Below are positions 13,050 through 29,896 of a stretch of 62,000 bases of DNA, one piece after another. The notes below the pieces were generated by a model. The model was not told where the DNA came from. It worked only from the letters and a program-made list of their open reading frames with translations, and ran no database searches. The DNA lies in assembly GCA_951406725.2 (NCBI GenBank), contig OX597822.1:43606001-43668000 (forward strand), written 5' to 3'. How positions within the stretch are numbered: position 1 is the first letter of the stretch; every line of letters begins with the position of its first letter. The stretch comes from Octopus vulgaris. Its lineage: Eukaryota. Position numbers and translations under genes: made by a program.

Positions 13050-13290
13050 GTGTGTGTGTGTGTTTGTGAGTATGTGCATATCTTTGCGTCTGTATTTGTC
13101 CTCTACCATTGCTAGAGAACCGGTGTTGGCGAGTTTATATCCCCCGTAACTTAGCGGATCGGCAAAAAGGACCGAGAGAATACGTACCAGGAAATGAGTA
13201 CTGGGGTCTTCTCGCTTGACTAAAATTCTTCAAGGTGGTGTTCCATCATGGCCGCAGCCTAATGGCTGAAAGAATTCCAAGGTAAAAAAT
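13050..13290 (+). mobile_element. SINE family A 3' half
   Basis: (GT)n then ccccgtaacttagcgg..ggcaaaa..gactaaaattcttcaaggtggtg. Confidence 0.7.
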
Positions 13291-14664
13291 AAACGATAAT
13301 ACCCTGCCATTTAAGGCGGCAGAATATGATTAATCCCTGAGAATCCAAACACAGTAAATATTACGTATTCTTAAGTGCACAACTTTTCCTACGTCTGTTT
13401 TTATCACACATTAAACTATAATATTTCTCAATCCCTTTAATGTAATAAAATCCAACACTTTACGTCCAGGCAGAGATATAGAGAAGGGATGGTCACAGCT
13501 GGAATGTGTTTGACAGCAAATAATGTTTTTGTGTTTCCTTTATACAGACTACATAAATCTAATGTCGCTTCCATTCTTCTCATCTTGCTTCTATCATTTG
13601 GAATTTTATGTTAACGATAGAACAAGTTTTTAGTTGCTAGAATCTAAGATATAAGCTATTCCCCAATCCATATCTTTTATTATTATTTTACTTCGCTTGT
13701 TAAAGACTTCACACTATTCGGATTTATCTTTACACAGCTTACGCTTTAGTTCTTCTCTGCTCTTTTGAAGTCTTCTTTTAAGATTTCACCAAATTCTCTT
13801 CCATCTACCGATTCCTTCTTTCTTCCATTCACTCTGGTTTCTCCATCATCAAATCTCATCACTTCTCCAATACTAAACATTGAATTTGCAGATTCTTCAC
13901 TTTTAAGACAACAGTATTCTTTCCTCACCTCTCTGTCTCTATTTTCCTCTGTTTGTATATGTGTTACTTTCTTTCATGCAGTTCTTATCTCTTCACACTT
14001 TGTTAATTGCCACTATACAACATGCTAATCGAAGTTTTACTTTACTGATATACGTGTTCACCATTACGCAATCGGTAGTGCAGCGGAAAAAATATCTTAA
14101 GGTGTTTAGTTACGTTTCATTATGTTCTGAGTCCAAACACCGACAGTGGCAACTTTCACTTTCACTCTTCCGAGGTCAGTAACACGGAGTATCAGTCAAA
14201 TAATCAGGATTCGTTTAATCAACTGCATTCTGTGCTAACATGAATGACCAGGTATTGCCGTTCGCAAAGTGAGGAAACCATACTACAGCTATGCGTCAAC
14301 TGTTCGCCCATGCTTACTTTGAATGTCTATGTCGTACAGCGATCATCTCACGTAGGAAGAAACTGCCAATCAACTGAATCTATTTGAAAACTGACCTGCC
14401 ATATTTCTTTTGCAAGAGAGACAAGTTACTTTGACTCTGTCTGGTGGAATGGTGAAGGTAGCAGCATGGCGATGGCACTGGTGGTTGTGGTGGTGGAAAG
14501 ATGTTTGGGCAAAAGAGGTGAATATGAAGACAGAAAATTTTCCATCTGATAATCTCTTATCAACGTCTTCGGGTAACAACTTCTCACCTTCTTTTAATCA
14601 CTATTTATTATCTATGTGCTGATTAATACTTTGAGAGTGACGGAAACTGCAAGGAAGTCTGTCG

Positions 14665-14707
<43 letters not shown>

Positions 14708-14742
14708 TATACGTATAGATGTACATATACGTATGTATATAT

Positions 14743-14776
<34 letters not shown>

Positions 14777-14819
14777 ATATGCATATATATGCATACATAC
14801 ACACACATATATATATATG

Positions 14820-14869
<50 letters not shown>

Positions 14870-14873
14870 CATA

Positions 14874-14926
<53 letters not shown>

Positions 14927-15544
14927 TATATTATTATATGATTGAATGCCATGCATTCTCTTCCAAGTAAGTTTTATCTTAACAATTCTGATGCGCACTC
15001 TATATCATTTTTTAGTTTTTCGATTTTCTCTCTTTTTCTCTCTCTTATTCTTTTACCTTTTCTTCACCCACTATTCTATCCTATTACTCTGTCACTCTCT
15101 CTCTCTCACACTTCTCCTCCATTGTTCACGTGGCTCTCATGTGACCATCGGTCATCTTTCTTTCTCTCCGTTGTAGCTGAAACAAGGAATACGTGTTCTT
15201 GTTTGTATCCTGTCCTAGCTTGATTTACGCGTTCACCACAACAACCGAGTTAGCAACCCTTCCTGTTTGTTTCCACTGTCCTGCTTGTGTTACCCTCTGC
15301 AAATTCCCCAATATTAATTAATTTGCTTTTCGGGAGCAACTGTTTTATCGAAAGCGTATATTGCTGTTAAATGCTCGTAATACAAGACTAGACAAACAGC
15401 CAACAACTGATGAAGGGTCGTTATTTATGTTTGCTTTGTTTTCTGTTTGTGTCTTTCGTTGTTCAAAAGAATAGTTCCTGTTCCATGTACTCATGCTTCG
15501 TACTTTTTTGTTGTACACGTTTCATGATGTCCTGTGCCTACATA

Positions 15545-15609
<65 letters not shown>

Positions 15610-15813
15610 TCTTTTAATTGTTTCAGTCAGTTGACTGCGGCCATGCTGGAGCACCGCCTTTAGTCGAGCAACTCGACGCCGGGACTTATTCTTTGTAAGC
15701 CCAGTACTTATTCTATCGGTCTCTTTTGCCGAACCGCTAAGTGACGGGGACATAAACACACCAGCATCGGTTGTCAAGCAATGCTAGGGGGACAAACACA
15801 GACACACAAATAT

Positions 15814-15830
<17 letters not shown>
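15610..15830 (-). mobile_element. SINE family A 3' half
   Basis: ttgactgcggccatgctggagcaccgcctttagtcgagc...ccagcatcggttgtcaagcaatgc. Confidence 0.85.
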
Positions 15831-15883
<53 letters not shown>

Positions 15884-15884
15884 G

Positions 15885-16794
15885 TTTATATATTTGTTGT
15901 GCAAAACATTTTATGTGAAGTCGTGTGTTGAAACAGATATTGTTATATTTCGGGATGGTCATTTTGCCAGTTTAGCCAATAAAATCATACGCACTATATA
16001 TTTGGTGTTACTTTGCTTCAGTGTTATTTATGTTTTACATTAATCTTAATCTTATGTCGGCCAGAGTTCTTTCGTCACACTCCTGTGACCTCATCAGTGG
16101 TCCTTTGTTTTCTTCTTTCTTATTTGTGTCTCTCCTTACTAACCGTCAGCCATTTTGTATTTATATTGTATGTCTTCATTTGCGCATGCTTATATCTCAA
16201 TGTGCGTCTATGTTTATTTAGTGTGTGGGGAGATGCCTGTAATATTTGTATCTTCTGTTTATATACGTTCATGTAATTTATTTTTGCTGTTGTTTTGTTA
16301 TACTTATTTTGTTCATGTATTTACATCCCTTTATTATTATCATTACATATGCTTGTATGTATGTATGTATAACAACAATACTAGTAATAATAATAATAAA
16401 TTAAAATATATATATATATAGTTATTTATTTCTATTTGTTTATTTATCTGTGTATTTATTATGTTTTCGGGATCCTCTACCGTCATATGTTGAAGTGTGT
16501 GCTATTGTTCCATTCTAATTTTCTATTCAGGCTAGGTTTATTTTCTATTATGTGTGTAGCTTCTGTAATTTGTCTGATTGTTGCATCTGTTCTATGTGTG
16601 GACAATATTTTAATTTCTATGTTGTTGATTGATCCCCCGTGCTCCTGTTCGGCGTGTTGGTACAGAATCGATGAGCTTTTACCTTCCTTGAGTTGTCTCC
16701 AATGTTCATAAATAACACTGAAGCAAAGTAACACCAAATATATAGTGCGTGTGATTTTATTGGCTAAACTGGCAAAATGACCATCCCGAAATAT

Positions 16795-16796
<2 letters not shown>
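15885..16796 (-). mobile_element. 5'-truncated Penelope-like element with inverted terminal segment
   Basis: Minus ORF EH..LKEGKSSSILYQHAEQEHGG...TDATIRQITEATHIIENKPSLNRKLEW is a GIY-YIG C-terminus. 15945-16031 is the reverse complement of 16705-16796. Hammerhead motif downstream of the ORF. Confidence 0.8.
16059..16103 (-). ncRNA. type I hammerhead-ribozyme-like motif
   Basis: Minus: GGACCA CUGAUGA G GUCAC aggagu GUGAC GAAA G aa C UC UGGCC. Intact core, 5-bp stem II, minimal stem III, imperfect stem I. Confidence 0.65.
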
Positions 16797-16858
<62 letters not shown>

Positions 16859-16974
16859 GTATGTATAGATTAAGTATGTGCACGCATCATATATATATTA
16901 TATATATATACATACACACACACATATATATACTTATACATATATAAGTATGAATTTATATGTGTGTGTATTTG

Positions 16975-17195
16975 TTTTTGTTTGCCCCCCCCCACCACCA
17001 CCACCAATTACAGCTTCACATCTGGTATTGGTTTTTTATGACCCCTTAAATAATTAGTTCAGCAAAAGAGAAAGGCAGATTAAGTACCAGACCTTAAGAA
17101 CATAGTACTGAAGTCGACTTGTTGGACTAAAACTCTTCACGGGCCATGCTCCACCCTAGCCGCTCTCCAGTAAACTGACACAAATAAAAAATAAA
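16975..17195 (+). mobile_element. SINE family A 3' half, degenerate
   Basis: gacccct..ttagttcagcaaaagag..agtaccagacc..agtcgacttgttggactaaaactcttc. Confidence 0.55.
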
Positions 17196-17744
17196 GCAAA
17201 ATATATTATTTATTCTTATTTTTTTTGTTTTTCATTCGCACTGTGTTACTGGAGGTAAATCTCGCACCATTTCTTGGCTTGTTGCTTATCTGCACTGCTT
17301 GTCTGCACTGACTTCAGCATCGTGTGGCATTTGGCCAATAAAAGAAATCCCCCTCGTCCTCCTTGGCCTCCTCCCCTCCCCTCCTCCTCCTCCTTCTCGT
17401 CGTCGTCGTTCCAAAATCATTTAAGATAGCTTTTGCGTTTCTTTTTTTTTCGGCGTCATACTAACTGTCAAGCCTTAAAAAAATCCTCTTAGAATATGAG
17501 CATTTCCAAAAAAGGACATCAGGACAAACACATGAAAAGGACGACTAATATCATTGTGCCGATGTCCAACCGTTTTTTTTTTTTCGGGTTTCCAATAATA
17601 ATATAAGTTATCTTTGGCTCAGTAGAAGTGTCAATATCATGTTTCATGTTGTTACTGTTACCATTATTATTTAAAAGTTGCACAGTATCCAATATTGGGA
17701 TATTATTGGTTGACTGTATTGTATCTACCAGGGGTTTGTACTGT

Positions 17745-18429
17745 CTGTCAAGTCACAACAAGGACCTCAGACAAACTGTACTTTATGCAATATGCATGCA
17801 GTTCTAAGCAACGCTGATTTTTGCATTACACCTAGATTTTAGGGCATTTCTAAAGTTCCCAGATGTTTATTTTCAGGTTGGGTGGTATTGAACCCACTCC
17901 TCCGATTACAATAAGGACAAACTTTATGTTCGACTCTCGTAGCTGCCACATCTTAGCGATCTCAATTCTCAGGTCTCCATATTTATCAACCCCTTTCTCT
18001 CTCTTTCGTGATGATATGTTGATCTCCTGGCACTGCCACGTCGATTATTAGGCACTCTTGTTTGTCCCTCCTAAAGTCCCAAAGGATTTTTGCCTTCGCC
18101 TTTTTGTCCATTACATTTACTAGTGTATGTTGGTACCAAGCACCCTTTACCTCATATAAATATTTCCGGCATAGTAGCCATTGCAGGTTTTGGGCTAATT
18201 CGTCGTGTCTGCTCTTGTACTCTTTCTGCGCAAGACTTTCACACACATTAACAATCTGAGTTACGATTTCGACCCTCTTCCCACACATTCGGGAGAGGTT
18301 CCTTGAACTTGTGTGCTATATATCCCTTTACACTGAGTTGGTGTTTAATGCCTGATCCAGGGCAGCGATGATTAGGCCTTTAGTCTTCTGTTTTAGGCCA
18401 CCCTTACTGAGCCATCTCCATGAAGCTTC

Positions 18430-18430
<1 letters not shown>
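17745..18430 (-). pseudogene. older RLE-type (R4/Dong-like) LINE 3' fragment
   Basis: Minus translation SWRWLSKGGLKQKTKGLII, RHDELAQNLQWLLC, KILWDF, LIIDVAVPGD, KYGDLRIEIAKMW and KSALLRTACIL, with frameshifts. Confidence 0.85.

Positions 18431-18431
<1 letters not shown>

Positions 18432-18508
<77 letters not shown>
18432..18508. repeat. (TTA)n tract at LINE copy 1 3' junction
   Basis: Pure (tta)n abutting element 3' end cagtagttttattt. Confidence 0.95.
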
Positions 18509-22014
<3,506 letters not shown>

Positions 22015-24638
22015 CAGTAGTTTTATTTTTATAGCGTGCTTTCACTTCACTACCGAGCGCAGCTCTGTGTGCCTTGGGTATGTGCTGTGATTTGTTGTGA
22101 TGCTCTGATGGTTATTGTATGGAAAGTGTTCTGCGTAGGATGTGTGCAGTGCCTAGTAGTGCAATTTTCTGTATGTTATATGTGTTTGTAAGTCCTGGTG
22201 TTTTTGTTATGTATTTGTCTGAATATTTTTTTATCATGCCTAATGCACCTACTATGATAGGAATTGTTTCTGTTTTCAGATTCCACATTCTAGTTACCTC
22301 TATTTCCAGGTCTTTGTATTTTGAGAGTTTCTCCATTTCTTTTAGAGACACGTTGTCATCAGCCGGTTTTGATACATCAATTAGAAAGCATTTTTTTTCT
22401 TCATGGTCTCTGACAACTATATCTGGTCTGTTGGCCTTAATTTCACTATCTGTGTGTATCGGCATATCCCAGAGTATGGTTGTTTTCTCGTTTTCTGTGA
22501 CCATTTCTGGTGTGTGCCTATACCATCTTTTTTCTGTTGTTATTCCATAATGTTGGCATAGCTTCCAATGTATGTAGGTTCCAACTCTGTCATGTCTGTG
22601 AATATATTTCTTCTTAGCCAGGACTGGGCAGCTAGAGATAATATGATTTATTGTTTCTTGTCCATCTCCACATATTCTGCAGTTACTTGTAATATTTCTT
22701 TTCATTACATGTTTTTGGTAATTTCTGGTGGGGAGGCTTTGGTCTTGTGCTGCAATTAAAAATCCCTCTGTTTCTGCTTTGAGTCCTGAGCTTCTCAACC
22801 ATTGCTGGGATTTTTCTTTGTCTATTTCTTTTGCGTTTAGTTTAGTCCAGTATTTACCATGAAGGGGCTTTTCTTGCCATCGTTTTATCATGGTTCGTTG
22901 CTGTTCTATTTTTAGTTTGGATTTCATTTGTATTATAGCTTTTGTTGTTTCTTCATCTTCTTTTTCTTCTTCATGTTTATTAGGTGGTATGATTTCTTGT
23001 TTGTATTTGTCAGCTTCCTTAAATACTGAGAACAGTTTTTTGTTTTGCTCGTGTTTTGCCGCTATCTGGATCAGTTTTCCTTCCTTCTGAAGTAGATATT
23101 TTTGCAGTCCTATGGTGGTTATTTTATAGTAGTTTTCCAGCTGTATAAGACCTCTACCACCTTCTATACGTTTTATATATAGTCTTTCTATGTCAGATTT
23201 TGGTGATGCATCCTAGATCCTGTCATTATTTTTCTTGTTTTCCTATCTATTTTGGTCAGTTCATTTCGTGTCCAGTTAAGGATATTGTAGCTGTAACTTA
23301 TAACTGGGACAGCTAAAGTGTTGATACCTATTATCTTGTTTTTAGCATTGAGCTCTGTGTTTAGTATTGATCTAACTCGTCTATAATATTCTTTTTTTAT
23401 TTTCTCTTTCATTTGTGTGTGTTGTGTCTTATCTAGTTCATGGATTCCTAAGTATTTGTAAGTTTGGCTTTGGTCTAATTCTTTTATTTCATTGGTTTTA
23501 TCTAGTGTGATGTTGCTACTCTTAACTATTTTTCCTCTTTTCATGGTTACTTTGGCGCATTTTTCTAATCCAAATTTCATATCTATTTCTTTGGTAAATC
23601 CATGAACTGTCTTTAATAGTGTTTCCAGCTGTTTGTCATTTGTAGCGTATAGTTTTAGGTCATCCATATATAAAAGGTGGCTGATCGTTTTGCCGTAACA
23701 TTTATATCTGCATCCAGTTCTATTTAGCATATCAGATAGAGGTGACAGTGCCAAGCAGAGAAGGAGTGGAGAGAGCGTGTCTCCCTGGAATATTCCTCTT
23801 CTAATGGGGATGTCTTTGGTTTTCATGAGTCCCTCTTTTGTTTGGAGGTGTAGGACTGTTTGCCATTTATTCATAGAGTGCTCTATGAATTTTATGATTG
23901 TTGGTGCTACTTTGTTAATGGCTAGTGTTTCGAGGATCCATGTGTGGGGGATGCTATCAAACGCCTTTTTGTAGTCAATCCAGGCCATACTGAGGCCTTT
24001 CTACTTTCTGTGGCTGTCTTCAGTTATTGCTTTATTAATCATTAGTTGATCTTTACAGCCATATGAGCCTTTGCGGCATCCTTTCTGCTCTTCTGGGAAC
24101 AGTTTGTTTTCGTCCAGGTGCTTGTTCAGCCTTTGTGATATCACTGCAGTAAATGCCATGAACATAGTAGGGAGGCAGGTTATTGGTCTGTAGTTTTCTG
24201 GTTTTTCTGTTTCATTTGATTTGGGAATTAAAATGGTTTTCCCCTTCGTGAGCCATTCAGGCATTGTCTCTGGCTCTGCTAGTACGTTGTTAAAGTTTTC
24301 AGCCAGCTTTTTGTGCATTCCTGTTAGATATTTCAACCAGAAGTTGGGGATCTTGTCATGCCCAGGTGCCTTCCAGCTGCTTAGTCTTTGCAGTGCCTGG
24401 GTGACCTCTTCAGTTGTTATGGGGGTCCAAAGTTGTTCAGATGCCGAGTTTGTTATTTTGATACTCCTTTTTTTGGTGGTTCGTTCGCTGACCATATTTC
24501 TCTCCAGAATTCTTCCAATTCTTCTGCCGTTGGTGCTGCAGTGACTTCTATTTTATTTTTTCCCAATTCTTGGTAGAACTTTTTGGGGTTGGAGTTGAAC
24601 TTTTTGTTTTCTTCAAAGAAGCGTTGGCGTTTCTTGTA
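22015..24638 (-). mobile_element. R4/Dong-like RLE non-LTR retrotransposon copy 2 (more 5'-truncated)
   Basis: Same 3' end and nearly identical to copy 1. GIFQGDTLSP and YMDD present; C-terminal ORF 22112-22927 intact. Nonsense change near 24001 (TAG vs AAG) and a frameshift near 23190. Confidence 0.95.
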
Positions 24639-24651
24639 TTATATACATATA

Positions 24652-24847
24652 CATGCTTTGCTCCTAGACGTAGAAATGTGTATGTATGTGTGCGTATACA
24701 TATCTAGCAAATAAACCTAATTAAATCGTGTATAAATACATATGCATATTCAGGTGTATACTAATCAATTTTGCAATATGAAACACTTACTTAATATGAA
24801 TGGAGAACGAACCAGCGTTCAGGCTTTGGTGTCGTCTGCTTAATAAT
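24652..24847 (+). repeat. 196-bp direct repeat, copy 1
   Basis: Differs from 25981-26176 at 5 substitutions, by eye. Confidence 0.95.
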
Positions 24848-24866
24848 ATTCTTCTTCTTATTATTA

Positions 24867-24933
<67 letters not shown>

Positions 24934-24949
24934 CATTATTGATTTTGCA

Positions 24950-25165
24950 CTGCTTCTAACGCTGGAGATGTACTGCGTTGTCAGCTGTTCACTACTAATC
25001 AACTAAGGTAACACATCGTATTTTTCGAGCACTTTCCGGAGTATACAAGCGGTTCGAAGCAGTACTGTTTTCTGCAAGTGATCCACCCTTATTGCAGTCC
25101 CTATTTGTTCCACGTACTTCTCAAGATATTTACTCACTATTCCCAGGGCTCCGATAACATTTTCC
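24950..25165 (-). pseudogene. diverged RLE LINE extreme 3' fragment with (AAT)n tail
   Basis: IGALGIVSKYLEKYVEQIG..VDHLQKTVLLRTACILRKVLE; on the minus strand it is followed by (AAT)n at 24860-24940. Confidence 0.8.
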
Positions 25166-25599
25166 TCTAAAGCAACGCCCCCCACAAAAAAAAAACTGAT
25201 TTATTCCCAACACTCTTAATCGCAAAAAGAGAAACAATCAACCGTATATAGCACTGGTTGTTTTACTTAGTAGCTGCTAGCTGTCAGTAGCAACCTCATC
25301 GAATGGCTATCAGCAACATTCAAGTGCTTTAGCTCAACGTGATCTCAAAACAGACAATGAGAGCAAGAAATTTTCGTCATCCAGTTGCATTTATCCTTAT
25401 TTAGGGGTTGCGAAATACTTGTAAGTCAAAGGCATACATACACACGAACAGAGGTGTTTCCTTCTCTTCTACGATTCTTAAAACATTGCAACATTAATGA
25501 ACTACCAATTCAAATATGACGTCTACGAAAGTTGTTATTAGTAAATTTTTCGTCTGTACATCTGTAATAAACACATATATATGTGTAAATATATATGCG

Positions 25600-25810
25600 T
25601 AGAGGCGCAATGGCCTAGTGGTTAGGGCAGCGGACTCGCGGTCGCAGGATCGCGGTTTCGATTCTCAGACCGGGCGTTGTGTGTGTTTATTGAGCGAAAA
25701 CACCTAAAAGCTCTACGAGGCTCCGGCAGGGGGTGGTGATCCCTGCTGTACTCTTTCACCACAATGGCGGTGCCCCAGCATGGCCACAGCTCAAGAGCTG
25801 AAACTGGAAA
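25600..25810 (+). mobile_element. chimeric SINE: family C head/body joined to family A tail
   Basis: ggcgcaatggcctagtggttagggcagcggactcgcggtcg...ctgtactctttcaccaca joined to atggcggtgccccagcatggccacagc. Confidence 0.75.
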
Positions 25811-25939
25811 AACAAAACAAACAAAAAAAAAAAAAATACATATATATATACATATCACATACATATACTCCTTAGTGGACTGCTAATACAAAAACAATTC
25901 CTTACGTCACAATATTTGGCACATATATGTCTTTCTCAT

Positions 25940-25980
<41 letters not shown>

Positions 25981-25983
<3 letters not shown>

Positions 25984-26176
25984 GCTTTGCTCCTAGACGT
26001 AGAAATATGTATGTATGTGTGCGTATACATATGTAGCAAATAAACCTAATTAAATCGTGTATAAATACATATACATATTTAGGTGTATACTAATCAATTT
26101 TGCAATATGAAACACTTACTTAATATGAATGGAGAACGAACCAGCGTTCATGCTTTGGTGTCGTCTGCTTAATAAT
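25981..26176 (+). repeat. 196-bp direct repeat, copy 2
   Basis: Matches 24652-24847; both end in ctgcttaataat. Confidence 0.95.
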
Positions 26177-27033
26177 GGCACCCTGTAGCACTATAGATAA
26201 CACTTCAATATAAAAGCATGACTGTCGTTCTGCCTTGTAATTCATGAAATAATACATGTTTTAATGCAGGGATTCTTTCGATATCCCTCCTAATTTCGTT
26301 TCTGTCTTTATGGCACAAAATTAGGTTCTTATTCGGAAAGTTTACATCAATATATTCTACGTTTCTGCTAGACGGAGTTTCAATCCATTTATTTAATGGT
26401 TGACATTTTCGATCATTGCTCTCTTTATGGCTACTACTTCGCTGACGTTCTGCTTTAATGGCTAGGAATATCTTTTGTGTTTATGGATATATCTTTACTT
26501 GCATTCTTCTTTAATGATCCAATATACTCGGATGAAGTTGTATCATTACTTCATGTATTTCAGAAGATTTGGTTGTGCTGAGTGTATCAGATTTCAAACG
26601 TATCCTATAAGTATGTTTGATATAAGCTTTTTAAGGCAAATGTTCACGAAACACAACCGTACATAGATCAATGGTGTGTGTATATTTACAAACACGCGCA
26701 CAATATGTGGTGTGTTCGTGTGCGTGTGCCTTTGTGTCTGTGTACGCATGTCAATGTATTTCACGTATCCACTCGAAAATGTGATGAGTAGGCGTATCTC
26801 TTTACACAAACACGCGCGCACGCACACATACGCACGTATATATATATATTTAAATACTTGTGTAGAAATAGCATGACACTGCATGAAGTTAAACTATTGA
26901 ATACAGGTATGCTTATGAGTCTGTATTCATATACACATTGACATGCATGTATGCACGTACACGCACAAACACACACACACGGACACACACACATATATAG
27001 ATCCACCTATGGTTATATGCATGTATATGTATG

Positions 27034-27065
<32 letters not shown>

Positions 27066-27099
27066 TGTGTGTTTATTCATACACACACTGGCACACACA

Positions 27100-27197
<98 letters not shown>

Positions 27198-27588
27198 ATT
27201 TAATATAGCCAATATTTAAATTTGAGCTATTATAGCAATCTTTCAATCTCAAATAAACTACATGGATGGTCATTTGTGAATAAACAAGTACGGCAAAGGA
27301 CGCTGATCTTTGCGAAAATATAAGCAAAAATGTAAATGATGGAAAAGCAAAATGTGGAATGGGAAAAAGATAAACAAAGCGAAACTTAAGAATTACATCC
27401 TTTTGCCTATTCTAATGTGAATTAATTGGTGAAAATTAATTCAAAGGGAAGAAGGTAAAAGTCTGAGATTTTTTCTGTTTAATCCGTAGCGTGTTGTGAC
27501 CTCCAGTAGAATAAAAGAAATTTCTCCATATACCTACATTTGATAAACATTTCAAATTTGGCATGTTGTAGGTTTTCGGAGTTCTTAG

Positions 27589-27648
27589 ATCTAAAACAAT
27601 ATGAAATCGTTTGGCGAAACGATACCTGCATGTATTCGATCCATGAAC
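27589..27648 (+). CDS. candidate coding exon of EPDR-like gene (phase 1-1)
   Basis: cttag|AT CTA AAA CAA TAT GAA ATC GTT TGG ... CAT GAA C|gtgtgg encodes LKQYEIVWRNDTCMYSIHE. Donor is weak. Confidence 0.3.
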
Positions 27649-28294
27649 GTGTGGTGTTGGTAGTTTCACTGCGCTCCACTTGATGGTGCGTGGTGAGCAT
27701 TTGGTCTTAAAATCCCAGCTATGGCTAGCAAACTTCGTGGCTTTCTTCTCATCCACGTGTCGGAAAGAAGATGCGTATTTGTGTACCGTTTTTAAAATTT
27801 CCTTCATACATATCAATAGAAGAGTACCATGGATTAACTAAAGTCCATCTTTGAAATTTTTATTAATGGACAGATATGAAGAAATTTATTTTGTTTGAGA
27901 GGAAAGTACTACCCACTGCGGATTAGGCAGTCTAACAAACTTCTGTCTTCTCTTTGAATTAACTTACATCAGCCTTATAAATTCTTAATAGAATTGACAG
28001 AAGGTCGTAACTCTTGGTTCTCTTTTTCTTCTTTCTTATTCCACTTTTTTTCTTTTAACTTGCTCTCATCCGTTCCGTGTTTGCTCAAAGACCAGTACCC
28101 TTTCACGTTTTCTCAAAATCTAACAGGTATATTGTATATTGAATCCTGAAGACGGCTTCGAAAGAAAGTATCGTATTCAAGCTTGTCAGTTTTTGTACCA
28201 TGAAATTACTGTGTATATTAAATGATACTTATCTATCTTTGGAAGGTATACATCCATTGTTACTCGCACCATTAACGGAACAGCAAATTATATG

Positions 28295-28343
<49 letters not shown>

Positions 28344-28344
<1 letters not shown>

Positions 28345-29600
28345 TTGGTCATCTAACAAATAATAGGATTTTTTATATTTCCTTCATTTTTCAAAATTGA
28401 GATAAACAAAGTTATTTTTTAATCTAAAATACAATGTCCTTCATTTTATACACTTTTCTTCCATCTATCTGTTTGACTTGCAAAGACCCTCTTCCAAATT
28501 TTCCTAGTCCGTAACGAAACATACTCTTCCAGTACTGTTCTAAACTCATCTACAGAATTCATATTTCTTTCCGTGCAAATGATTTTGAAGACTGAGGAAT
28601 AAATGATAATCAGAAGGAACAATGTCCAACGAATGTCGTGGGTGCGGCATCATTTCCAATTCAACCTGTTCCAACCTTTCGAATGTCATTCTTGCGGTAT
28701 GTGGCCGAGCATTATCCTGATGGAAGAACACCTTTCGTTTGAAACCAAAGATGGACGTTTTTCTTCTAACGCTGACTTGAGCCGCTCAAGCTGTTCCTGG
28801 TAGATCTCCTTTCTCTTCGTTTGCCTTGGGTTTAAAAGTTCAAAGTGGACTAAACCTTTCATATCCCACTAAACAGATAACAACACCTTACATGGATGAC
28901 GACTTTTCTTAGCCTGGGGTGCTGTTGTTTTTCCTTTCCCTATCCGCTGTCTTCGGCGCTTGACATTTTTATAGGGAACCCATTTCCCGTCACCAGTCAC
29001 TTTTCGGTACAAAAATGTTCATTCGTGAGACGTGACAGCAAAGAAGAGCACACATTCACTCTCTGCGCTCGATAAGACTCTGAAAATTTGTGAGGAACCT
29101 ATTGACCCGATTTTTTTACTTTTTCGCTGGCACGCAGATGTCGATGAATGGTTGAATGACCAAATCTAAGCTACTCTGCTAGTTCCTCAACAGTTACGAT
29201 GGGATTTTTTTACACCAGTGTTTGCAGGACGTTATCGTCGAGCTCTACAGATCTTCCAGGACGAGGCTCATCTTCTTGGCTGCATTTCCCGGCTCGGAAT
29301 TTATTGAACCACCATTGACACTCGCTTACGTTTATTGTCCGATCCTTATATTCATCGCATTCTCCATTGCGTTGCTGTCTTTCTTGAACACATAAAGCAA
29401 AATATGCCGAATATGCTCCTTTGCCACTCCCATTATAGCTTTGAAAAAATAACTGTTAAAATCAAACTGCACTCCTCAAAACTTGTACTAAGAATAAGTA
29501 CAGGTATTTATAGCAAGTTGATGAAGGTAGTTTATCCCAACCCTCACCGATTTTTAGTTCATGCAGTTGAAAAAACCGTATTATTTATGGGACGACACAA
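28344..29600 (-). mobile_element. mariner copy 2 (same family as 353-1577)
   Basis: TIRs with TA flanks. FHQDNARPHT...HSLDIVPSDYHLF; disrupted. Confidence 0.92.
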
Positions 29601-29620
29601 TATATATATATATATATATG

Positions 29621-29666
<46 letters not shown>

Positions 29667-29694
29667 CGTAAGTATGTATGTATACTGACATATA

Positions 29695-29864
29695 AGCGAC
29701 GGACGACTTTCAGTTTCCATCTACCAAATCCCTTCACAAGGCTCTGGTCGACCCGAGGTTATATAAGAAGAAACTTGCGCAAGATGCTACTGGGTGGGAG
29801 TGAACCAGGAACCATGTGGCTGGGAAGCCAACTTCTTACAACACAACCAAGCCTGTGCCAACAA

Positions 29865-29896
<32 letters not shown>

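Noticed and set aside
12124-13990. Minus-strand ORFs 12124-12348 and 13746-13928
   Set aside because: Possibly pieces of an old LINE split by SINEs, but with no diagnostic motif; not supportable as a gene or named element.
15345-15420. GAAAGCGTA followed by CTGATGAAGGG (permuted hammerhead halves)
   Set aside because: Stem II cannot form and stem I is only partial; at most a relic.
28144-28230. CTGAAGACGGC after a possible Penelope tail
   Set aside because: No consistent stem II, III and I set could be folded.
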